Shown here in pieces: positions 1-11,400 of a stretch of DNA of 64,000 bases. Source of the DNA: Geosiphon pyriformis uo1 (Eukaryota; Fungi; Glomeromycota); contig JAAOMT010000659.1 of assembly GCA_016748015.1 (NCBI GenBank), positions 871,222-935,221 on the forward strand, read 5' to 3'. Under the pieces are notes generated by a model that saw nothing but the letters and a program-made list of their open reading frames with translations, was not told the DNA's origin and did not search any database. The number at the start of each line of letters is the position of its first letter. Position 1 is the stretch's first letter. The position numbers and the translations under genes were made by a program.

Positions 1-3000
1 TGGTTAAGATTTTGTTATTCAATCTTAATTTGTAAGCTCCATTTCTTAGAATTTCTTCTATGTGAAATGGTCCATCCCATTTGAGGTCAAATTTTCTACT
101 TTATTGTTTTTCTGCTTTGGTATGATGTAAGAGTACTTTGTCTCCAATCTTGAATTCAACTGGTTTGTCTGGTAGTTGATTATCATGTCTTTCTTTCTGT
201 TTTTCTTGTGACTTTTGTATGTTATCAGCTGCTCTTTTTTATTTGTTTTCCAATGTTTCTATTAAGTCATATGTTCTTCTTAACAATATCTCTTGGAAAT
301 TCTCTTTTGTTATTAATTTAGTTGGATATGTGTTAATCTCTATCTCAACTGGTAATATTGCTGTTTTACCGTATATTAATTCAAATGGTGTTGCTTGTGT
401 GGTGTTTTGCTTTATTATCCGATAAGCAAATAATACTGATGGTATAAACAAATCTCATTTGTCCTGGTTTTCTTGGCTGAGTTTCACTATTGCTTCACAC
501 AATATTTTATTAAATCTTTCAACTAATCTATTGGTATGGTGATGATAATGGTCTTTTAATTCCGAATCTTTGGCTCAATTCTGCTAATGTTTGGTTCACA
601 AAATGGGTCTCTTGGTCTGATAATAGTTCTCTTGGACATCTATGTCGACAAATCAGATCTTGATGAACAAATTTGACAACGGATTCTGTATCTGCTCTTT
701 GTATTGCTTTTGCTTCTGGCCATTTAGTAAGATAGTTTATGGCTACTGCAATGTATCTATTTCCTCTGCTGGTGATTATTAATGGTCTGACTAAGTCAAT
801 TCTAATGTGATCAAATAATTGTCCCACTTTGATTGGTCTTAACAGTTTACTTGGTCTGGTTCCTCTTCTTTTCTGACAAGCATCACAATTTTGAACATAT
901 TAAATAATGTCTGGATACATTGATGGCCAATAATATTTTTTTCTGGTTCTTTCTATGGTTGTTTTTTTGTGAAAATGCCCTACTATTGGATTTGAATGCA
1001 TGTTGAATAATATTGTTTCTTTTTCTGGTTCTATAATTACTCTGGTTGGTTGATCTGGATCTTTTCTATTCTTCCGATAAAGTATATTTTAGTAGGTAAT
1101 AAAATATTTTAATTGTTGTTTGATACTATTTTGTTCCATTTGAGATAATTTCTCCTTAAACTATTGAGTATCTATATAATGCTTGAGTTGTTAATATTTT
1201 TGTGAGTTTATCTTTTGTTATGTTGTTGTTGGATGTAGTTTGGTTTTGCTATATTTTTTTGAATTGGAATGTTTAGATTTGTCTCATTTGTAACAAACTG
1301 TCAGCATTTCCATTGTCTTTTCTCTTTTTATAATATATAGTATAATTATATGGTGTAAGTGCCATTTTCTATCTTAACTGTCTTCCATCTCCAAATTCTT
1401 GTTTTTGGAGTGATGTTAATCTTTTGTGATCTGTGTACACTTCAAACTTCTGGCTCAAGTATTTTTTTCATTTTATGACTGCCCAGTATATCGCTAAGTG
1501 TTCTTGTTTCAGTGTTTCATAGTTCTTTTCGACTGGTGTTAAGCCTCGGCTGGCAAATGCTACTGGATGTTCTCTTCCATTCGGTCCTCTCTGAGATAGT
1601 ACTGCTTCCAATGCTTAACCTAATACATCAGTAGTAATAATGAATGGTTTGTTGTAATCTGGATAGATCAATACTGGCATTTGAATGAGCTTTTCTCTTA
1701 AAATATTAAAAGCTTTTTGTTGTGTTTTCGTCCATTCATATTTCATGTTCTTGGTTTGTAGATGGTTGAGTGGCTGAGCTATTTTAGAAAAGTTTTTGAT
1801 GAAGTGACAATAATAGCTTGCAAATCCCAAGAATGATTTTAGTTTGGTCACATTGGTTGGTACTGGAAAGTTCTTTACTATTTCTATCTTGTCTGGGTCT
1901 GTCTTGATATCTTCTTTACTGACTATATGTTTCAGAAACTTCAGTTTTGTTTTGCCAAAGAAGCATTTGGTAGCATTTAGCTTTAACTCTGCTCATCGTA
2001 GTCTTTCGAATATTTGTTGAAAATGATAGAGATGATCATCAAATGTTTTTGAGAATACATTGGTGTTGTCCAAGTACACAACTACTGATTTCCACAATAA
2101 GCCAATATACACAATTTTTATTAGCCATTGGAAGGTTGCTGGAGCATTGGTTAAGCCGAATGGCATTACTTCAAATTTGAAATTCTCTTCTCTTGTGATG
2201 AATGCCATTTTTTCTTTGTCAGCTGAATCTATGACTATTTGCCAGTAACTGCTATCCAAGTCCAATGTTGAAAACCATTTGTTTTCTCCAAAAACATCAA
2301 ATAACTCTTGGATCTATGGAGTTGGATAACTGTCTCCACAAGTGACTCTATTGAGTTTTCTGTAGTCTACACAAAATCTGATCTTTCCATTCTTTTTCCA
2401 GATAAGTACCACTGGTGATGACCATGGGCTCATTAATGGCTGGATTAGCCTATTGTCCAGCATTTGATTGATCTCTTGACAGATGATCTTATGGCTTGCT
2501 GGTGGTACTCTGTATGCTCTTTGTTTGATTGACATTGTATCTCCAGTTTTGATCTGGTGTTGAATAATATCAGTTCTGCCAAATTTGTTTTTGCTGGCAA
2601 AGATGTCATTAAAATTGTTAAGTAATATCTTTAGTTGTATCTGTTGAAGTGGATCTAGATTTTCCATGTTCATTTGCTCTAGCTGCTCTGGTTGTAACAA
2701 ATAACATTCATTTCGTCTATAGATTGTTTGTAACATAATATCCACATATTTACACAATTGTGGAAAGTCTGGAATGGTGCTTGGTGATTGATCCTCAATT
2801 TCAGTGGTCAAATATTCAAGAGTAGTTCCTTTTGGTATCTCTACAACATTTCCCATATTGTTGTAGATGGGAATTTTGATATGGTTGTGATTCTTGGTTG
2901 GTATGTATAGATTGATAAGTCCAACTTCTCCTGTTTTACAAAGACTTGTTTCCGCTTCAAAAATTTGTGCCTGATCCTTCACCTTTTTTTCTATTGCTAA

Positions 3001-6000
3001 CATGTACTGGTCATATGATGGAATGGAAATTGCTTGACTCATTGAGATAATTTCTCCTTGGCCAATAATTTCTTTCTTTGCCATATTGACTGATATGTCT
3101 ATTCTACCCGTGGATCCAAATTCTTGTATCCCTCTTGCGGTTATTTCTAATTCTTCCCTATTTCTCACTGAAACTAACTGAGCTATTTTAACCAGAGACA
3201 GGAATATTGCCTGTGCTATCTTCTCATTTGGCTCTATAATATAGGCCTTTTCAGAGTCATTTTGTAGCATGGCAATGATATTTCCTACATATTCTGCATC
3301 AATTATTTCTCCTCTTATATTAATCCCTTTTTTTGCTAAACTACTCCTAGATACTAGTTAAACTATGGTTATTGCTGGAATTTCTAGTGCTACTTTCAGA
3401 TCAATGCAGGTGCATGAATGTGGTTCCAATTTAATGGTGTCTTTTCTAGGATATCTCAGATCAAATCTTGCATCAGTATCATGCACACATTCTGACATGA
3501 TACTCTTATTATTGTCACTATACCATTTGAGTTCCTGCTCTTTAGAGAGATCAGGAAGCACTATGTATATTTTGGGGTTCAAATTGGAGTCTGAATCATT
3601 GATATTCTCATTGCCATATTGCACGGAGCTGGAACTGGTGTTTTTGTCGTCTTTGTTGTTGAAGTTTGAATTGGTATTGAAAATTGATTCTGATTCTGAT
3701 ACACAGCTGCTGATTGATTCTTCTTCCTTTGGGATTGTGTAGATCATACGTGGTGGTGGATTGTAAATAAAATCACACTCATTACAATATTGGAAATCAC
3801 ATAAGATCAAACAGTAGTTACATAGTCTGGTGTTTATTTGAGCCAAATGTTGCTCTTGTTCTTCTCTTGTAGGTGCCAAAGTTTGATAATGTTCATGAAA
3901 CTCTTCTGGTTTCAGAAGATTTATGACTGGTTCTTTGTCCCAATCAAGTTCTAAGGGTTCTGGCAAGTTGTTCTTGACTTCTTTGATTTCTTTGGGTAAT
4001 GCTCCTTGAATTTTGGCGAGGGCCATTCTCCAGATTTCATCATCGTCGTGTAAACAAATGTCCAATCATCATACTGCTCTTCTCCAGGCGGCTTCTATGA
4101 GTGTTTCTTTCCTAACCCAATCACTGATGAGAATTGTGTACTGGCACAAAGTGTTGCACATTTCTCTTCGACTAGGAATGTTGTTTCATATTTCTTCGTC
4201 TAAGAGCGTCTTCTCACAAGCTAAACATGGTGTATTGTCCCATTTCCTTACTCGGTTTGGTCTTCCAAAGTGTTCTATAATGCACATGCAACAGTAAAAT
4301 TGGATTGCTGTTGCATATTTCTTATTGTCACTACAGTATGCGCCCATTGACAACAATTTCTTGTCACAATCAACACATATTAGCTTTGGTCAATAATAGC
4401 TCGATAATTGTGGTGGTGCGTATGTATAAGAGATATAACTGGCAGTTAGTAGTGGCTCTTTTTCCTTCACTTTTCCTTTCCCTTTTTCTCTCTTATCCCA
4501 TTTCCAAATTGGTGGTTCTTTTAAGTTATGGTTGGTGTCCCAGGCTTGGTCTGCATTCCAGGTAAGTTCTGTTCTCTTCTGTTTTCCTTTGCCATTGTTG
4601 TCCCATAAAAGTATTGGTGGCAGCTCATTGTGTTTTTCATCAGTCTATGAGACTTGATATGCTTCCCAGGTAGGTTTTGGTTTTTTTTCTTCAAGGTCAA
4701 TTAGTGGTGCTGTAGTGTTGGTAGCTTTGAAGTGACCACATATTGCTGGTACTCGCGTGTGTTGACCATTCTGGCTGAGTACTAGTTCTTAAATCATCCA
4801 ATCAAGCACAGCATTGGTTTTGAATAGCCAGTCATTACTTGCTTGGTATTGGGTGGCTTCCATTACCAGAACTTTGATGGGTACTACAATGCCATTAACT
4901 TCAATTGGAAAGTCATCAATTTCACCAATTGGGGTTTTGGTGGCTCCATCTACAGTGATAATCCTGGCGCTGGCAGCACAATCAACTCGGCAATCTAATT
5001 GATCCATGAGTTGTCATGTGATGATGCTGCCTGCTGAACCACTGTCAAGAATTAATTTGATGGAGTGGCCATCAATCTTGGCATTAGTGTATATAGCCAT
5101 GATTGGTTTCTCTTTAAGTGAAGCTCCACTGAATAATGACATATCTGATGGTTCCTCGAGTTCGAATGGGAAAATGGTATCCAAAGATTCATTTTTGGTG
5201 ATTGTAGCAAATAGGATATTATTGGTAAGTGGTTGTTGTTGTTCGATTCCCTGATTGTTGGAGGTGGCATTTTCTGAAGTCACCAGAAAGCTTAAATAGT
5301 GTTGGGAATTTGGGTTTTGGGTGAGACCAGTACTTGAATTTCACTGACAAGATCCTAATTGTTGATGAGAAGAGCTGGAAATTGGTTGATGTACAACTAT
5401 TGCCAATTTCAGTTTTGGGTAATCCTTGATCTTGGGTTCCCTGAAGTCATTTGAGCTGGGTTTGCTAGTGGTGTTTGAATGGTGGGTGTTTGATAGATTG
5501 CTGGTGGCTGTGGTTGATATATTACTTGTGGCTGCACCTAATAAATTGCTTGTGATGGCAGTTGATAAACTGGAGTTTGATAAACTGGTGGTTAATAAAT
5601 TAGTTGGTGCATCATAAACAAATAAGTGGATTGGTATTGGTCTTGATTCAGGTAATGGTTTGAAGTCTGAAACCAGCGATTGGGGTTTCTATATTGATTT
5701 CCCAATTGTGGATTGTTATAAGTATGGCAGTTGGCTCTGATGTGCCCTTGTTTACCATAGTTGTGGCAGACGCGCATCTCTGGCTGCCACGACTAATTGG
5801 ATGATGATGATAGACATGACTGATTTTGGAAATGATTTGTGTTTCCTTGATTGTTATGCCATTGAGAAGGTTAATAAATTGTGCGATTGTCAGCTAAGTA
5901 TCCCTCTAATTTCTGATTAATTGAATCACTAAATTGCTTCAATTTGGAATCCAATTCAGATGATCTATTTATTGCTAGATTCACAGCTTGAATGTGATTA

Positions 6001-7502
6001 GCTTCTAGTTTAGCTGCTTCAAAATCTCTGGTGTATGTGACTGCAGTTGGAAGGTCCACTGGGTGCATTGAATGTACTCATTGTAGGATGCTACTATGCA
6101 ATCCTCTAATAAATTGATTTAAAATCTGTAGTACTGTAAAATAGTCAGCTTGGATGGCTTGTATTTGGCATAGATTTCTATAGAAGCGTCCCAAATAGGT
6201 AGTGGCTGCTTCAGTGTCTTTTTGTCTGATAGTTGTAAAGGTGTTGGCTAATTTGTTGATACTATTATTGTTGCTAAAGTACTGCAAGAATTCAGTTTTG
6301 AATCCATTAAAATTTTGGGGTTTGACAGTGAGGCTTTAATACCATGCATCAACAGTATTCTGGAGAAAATAAGGGATTGCTTGTATTGTTCTAGTATCAT
6401 CCCAATTATTGGCTGTAATGGCTTTGGCCATGTCATTTAACCAGACTTGGATATTGTCTTCTTTACCATTGAATTTGTTGAGTTTCATGATGAGTGCATA
6501 AGCCATTTGTTGTTGCTGTGGTGGTAGAAGTTGTTATTGTTGTTGAGGTGGTACTGGTGGTGGTTGTTGATTTTGTTGGTTCAATGGTTGGATGGGCTGG
6601 CCAATTGGTTTAATGGGTAGTTGATTGATGACAATAACTGGAGATAAGTGTTGATTAATTACTTCGGGATTTGGATTGTTTTGATTTGGTGGGATTTGAA
6701 TATTTGGAGTGTTGTTTTCTGAATTGTCTAAATTGGGCTGGGTTTAAAAGTTTGGGGTTTCAATTTCCAGGTTTTCTAGAATCAGGTTTTGGTAAGTAAA
6801 TTCTTAATTCTCAGATTCTTCTTTCTCTTTTACTTTTTGTTCTTCTTCTGATTCAGTAATTTTCCAAGAACTCGCAATTCCAAAATTCGGTTGAGGTGGC
6901 AGTAATCAAAATTCTGATGGCATCGGTAATCGAGATTTAAATTCTTCAAAATACTCACTGTATGGTCCTAGTAGATCCTCTTTCCTTTGTTTACTTTGGA
7001 ATGGGAAATGTCCAAATGTTGATGTCATGTTTGATGTGAATGTGTCTGTTGATAATATATTGATAGCACTTCCAGGAGTATAGTAGTAGGATGGGTTGTT
7101 TGGGAACTCAACTCTAGTTTTTTTCCAAGTGGGTGGTTGTATCTTTTGAGGTGTTACTGCTGGTGTTTGTAGTTTTCCTTTGCCTTTACTTGTGTAAGTA
7201 ATTGGGTATCTTTGCTGTGTGTGGTGTTCAATTTCTTTGTTGATCTCAGTAATGATGGATGTGAAATTATGATTTGTGGGTAGGCTGGTGTTTTAAATTA
7301 ATTCGTTATAAAAAGTTTCTCTCACTGATTCAATATTCACAGATGTTTCTAACAGATAGGCAATTTTTTTGTTGATGTAGAAATTGAAAGCTAATTCTGC
7401 TGATATGTGATTATGAGTTAATTCCAAATGTTAACAGTAATGTTGAAATAAGAATTTCATGAATCCTAGATGGTTTGCTCTGATGTTTTCTAATTCTGCC
7501 AC
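1..7502 (-). pseudogene. disrupted gag-pol polyprotein of gypsy A1
   Basis: ORF fragments 239-451, 528-827, 1615-1851, 1993-2265, 2314-3270, 3358-4065, 4789-5283 and 5592-6436 join into one collinear Gag-PR-dUTPase-RT-RH-IN. Confidence 0.9.
3100..3490 (-). pseudogene. trimeric dUTPase domain in pol of A1
   Basis: Motifs DARFDL, SRSSL, GEIIDAEYVG, EKIAQ, RGIQEFGSTG correspond to dUTPase motifs I-V. Confidence 0.9.
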
Positions 7503-7542
7503 TTTTAGATTTGTGTTGGTGCTGGTTTTCTGTAGGATTATA

Positions 7543-7559
7543 CCTCACAGGGAGCACCA
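7543..7559 (-). promoter_or_regulatory. primer-binding site of A1 (TGGTGCTCCCTGTGAGG)
   Basis: Lies 2 nt inside the LTR end and is complementary to a tRNA 3' end CCUCACAGGGAGCACCA. Confidence 0.85.
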
Positions 7560-7561
7560 AA

Positions 7562-8411
7562 CATTACAGATGACTATTTCTGGTGTTGGATTAAATAACA
7601 AATCTGTAACTTGGTGCTAAAAGTTATTTGCGTTGATGTTATTAATCTGAAGGTTTTGTATCTGAAGGTTTCAGTTTAAGTTCTTTGTATAATGGACAGA
7701 GATTCAATAGTTGTTTTATCTATAGCTTTCCAGAATCGCAATTTTGTCAATTTTTCTTTTGGTGTAATGGCCAGCAATCCTCTGGTAAGTATTCCATATC
7801 TTCTGTACATGTTTTACCCTCTCGCAGGGGTCTTTTACCAGGCAATTTTTAACATCAGTAATCTAGCACTTTATTCAACCAATTAGTACACAACAATAAA
7901 ATCAAAATAAAATAAAATAAAAAAAAGAAATAAAAGAAAATCATGTATAAGCCAAGGCAATTTTGCAAGTCAGTATCCTGTTAATAACTGTAATTAAGAG
8001 CTATTGTTCCAGTGTGTTTAAGTATCAATTACTATTAACATAGAGTGTTAATAGTGGAATTAGGTTTGAGATACCAAATAGTTATTTATTGTGTTTGGAA
8101 GGTTGTTTAGATGAAATCTAAACTTAGAGGTCTGTCTTTTTAGCTTCTAATCCTACTGCTATATATACATAATTGAGATTCCTCAATTCCTCAATTCTTT
8201 ACAACAGGAATCCTGGGATTTCTGGAATCCTGCAATTCCTTTGAGAGGAATTCTAGAATTCTGGAATCCTGCAATTCCTTGTAAAAATCTTGTAATTCCT
8301 AGAATCCTGTAATTCCTAAGAAGAATCCTGGAATTTTACATTTTACTACATCTACTTCTGATTGATTAATAACTATGCTAATATATATTCCCAATATTTC
8401 TATAAGTAATA
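7562..8411 (-). repeat. 5' LTR of A1 (~850 bp)
   Basis: Collinear with 15345-16210. Decayed TG...CA termini. Internal GGAATCCTGCAATTCC-type tandem units at ~8170-8340. Confidence 0.9.
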
Positions 8412-11400
8412 TTGACAAATCAAATTTTGATGAATAAATTTGGCAATAGATTCTATATCTGCTCTTTGAATTGCTTTGGCTTCTGGCCATTTAGTAAGAT
8501 AGTCCATGGCTACTACAATATATCTGTTGTCTCTGCTGGTAATTGTCAATGGTCCGACTAAATTGATTCCAATACAGTCAAATAGTTGTTTCACTTTAAT
8601 TGGTCTCAATGGTTCACTGGGTCTTGTTCCTTCTCTTCTTTGACAAGCATCACAATTTTGCACATATTGGATGATGTTTGAATACATCAATGGCCAATAG
8701 TATCTTTTTCTGGTTCTTTCTATGGTTGTTTCTTTATGAAAATGTCTTGCAACTGGATCTGAGTGCATGTTGAACAGTATTGTCTCTTTTTTTTGTTCTG
8801 TAATTATTCTGGTTGGTTGATTGGAATCTTTTCTATTTTTCCAATAAAGTATATTTTGGTAAGTAATAAAATATTTGGATTGTTGTTTGATCCTCTTTTG
8901 TTCCAGTTGAGATAATTTCTCCTTGAACTGTTGAGTATTTATATAATGTTGAAGTTGTTGATATTTTTGTATATTCATTTTTTGTTATATTTTCGTGAGT
9001 ATTGTTTTGGTTTTGTTATATTTTTGGGTTGAAATGTTCTTAGATTTGTTTTATCCATGACAAACTATCAGCATTTCCATTGTTTTTTCCCTTTTTATAG
9101 TGTATAGTATAAGTATATGGTGAGAGTGCTATTTTCTATCTTGATTGTCTGCCATTTCCAAATTTTTGTTTCTGGAGTGATATCAGTTCTTTGTGATCTG
9201 TATACACCTCAAACTTCTGGCTCAAGTATTCTTTCTATTTCATAACTGCCCAATAGATTGCTAGATGTTTTAATTCTGGTGTTCCATAGTTCTTTTCGGC
9301 TGAAGTCAAACCTCAACTGGCATATACTACTGAATGTTCTTTTCCATCTGGTCCTCTCTGAGATAGTACTGCTCCTAATGCTTGACCTGATGCATCAGTG
9401 GTAATAATGAATGGTTTACTATAATCTGAATATATTAATACTGGAGCTTAAATGAGCTTTCTTCTTAGAGTATCAAAAGCTTCTTGTTGAGTTTCAGTCC
9501 ATTCATATTTTGCATTCTTGGTTTGGAGATGGTTAAGTGGCTGAGTGATTTTAGAAAAGTTTTTGATAAAATAATGATAATAGCTTGCAAATCCCAAGAA
9601 TAATTTTAGTTTGGTTACATTGATTGGTACTGGAAAGTTCTTTACTATCTCTATCTTGTCTGGATCTGTCTTGATGTCATCTTTGCTGACTATATGTCCT
9701 AGAAACTTCAGTTCTGTTTTGCCAAAGAAGCACTTGGTAGTATTTAGCTTTAATTCTGCTCATCACAGTCTTTCAAATACTTGTTGAAAATGATAGAAAT
9801 GATCATCAAATGTTCTTGAGAATACATTGGTGTTGTCTAAGTACACAACTACTAATTTCCACAATAAGCCAGTGTACACAATTTCTATTAGCCGTTAGAA
9901 GGTTGCTGGGGTATTAATTAAGCCAAATGGCATTACTTTAAATTCAAAATTCCCTTTCCTTGTGGTGAATGCCATTTTTTCTTTGTTGGCTGAATTCATG
10001 GCTACTTGCCAATAACCACTATCCAAGTTCAATGTTGAGAACCATTTGTTTCCACTGAAAGCATTGAATAATTCTTGTATTTGTAGAGTTAAATAACTGT
10101 TTCCACGAGTTACACCATTGAGTTTTCTGTAATCTACACAAAAGCAGATCTTCCCATTCTTTTTATGGACAAGTACTACTGGTAACAACCATGGACTCAT
10201 TGATGGCTGAATTAGCTCATTGTCAAGTATTTAATTGATCTCTTGATGAATGATTTTATGGCTGGCTGGTGGTACTCTGTATGCTCTTTGTTTGATTGGC
10301 ATTATATCTCCAGTTTTTATCTGGTGTTGGATGATATCAGTTCTGCTGAATTTGTTTTCACTGGCAAAAATGTTATTGAAATTATTAAGCAACATCTTAA
10401 GCTGCATATGTTGAAGTGGGTCTAAGTTTCCTATGTTTATTTGTTCCAATTGTTCTGGTTAAAACAAATTACATTCATTTTGTCCGTATATTGTTTGTGA
10501 TGTAATATCCACATATCTATAAAGCTGTGAAAAATCTGAAATAATGCTTGGTGGTTGATCTTCTAATTCTATGCTCAAGTATCCAATGATAGTTCCTTCT
10601 GGTATTGTGATGACATCTTTTGTTGTATTGTAGATGGAAATTTTGATATGATTGTGGCTCTTGGCTTGTATGTGAAGATTGATAAGTCCAATCTCTCCTG
10701 ATTCACAATGGATTGCTTCTGCTTCAAAAATCTGTGCTTGATCCTTTACTCTTCTCTCTATTGCCAACATGTACTGATCATATGGTGAAATAGAAATTGC
10801 TTGACTGGTTGAAACAATTTCTCCTTGGCCAACAATTTCTTCTTCTGTCATATTGACTGGTATAGCTATTCTACCTGTGAATCCGAATCTCTGTATCCCT
10901 CTTGCTGTTATCCTTAATTCTTCTTTGTTTCCTACTGACACTAATTAAGCTACTTTAACCAGAGACAGAAAGATTGCTTGTGCTATCTTTTTGTTTGGCT
11001 CTATAATATAGGCCTTTTCTGAGTTATTTTGTAGCATGGCGATGATATTTCCTATATATCTCACATCAATTATTCCCCCTCTGATATTTATCCCTCTTTT
11101 TACTAAACTACTCTTAGATGCTAATTGAACTATTGTTGTTGCCGGAATTTCCAGTGCTATCTTCAAATCAATGCAGGTACGTGAATGTGGTTCCAATTGG
11201 ATGGCATTTTTTTCTGGATACCTCAGATCAAACTTGGCATTAGTATTATGTGTGCGTTTTGGCATAATACCTTCATTATTATCACTGAATCATTTAAGTT
11301 CCTGTTCTTTGGTGAGATCAGGGAGCACAATATATTGTTTATAGTCTGGATCAGTTTTTAAATCTGAGTTGAAATCGTTGTCATTGTTATTACCATATTG

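Larger units (their letters stand above)
1..8411 (-). mobile_element. Ty3/gypsy LTR retrotransposon family A, copy 1 (3' end off-window), inserted into the integrase of copy 2
   Basis: Minus-strand order: 5'LTR, PBS, gag (knuckle CHNYGKQGHIRANC), protease (LILDSGSAGS), dUTPase, RT (FCVDYRKLN, MPFGLTNAPATF, VYLDN), RNase H, integrase (YLTKWPEAKAI, ATPFELIYG, WDGPF). Many stops and frameshifts. Confidence 0.95.
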
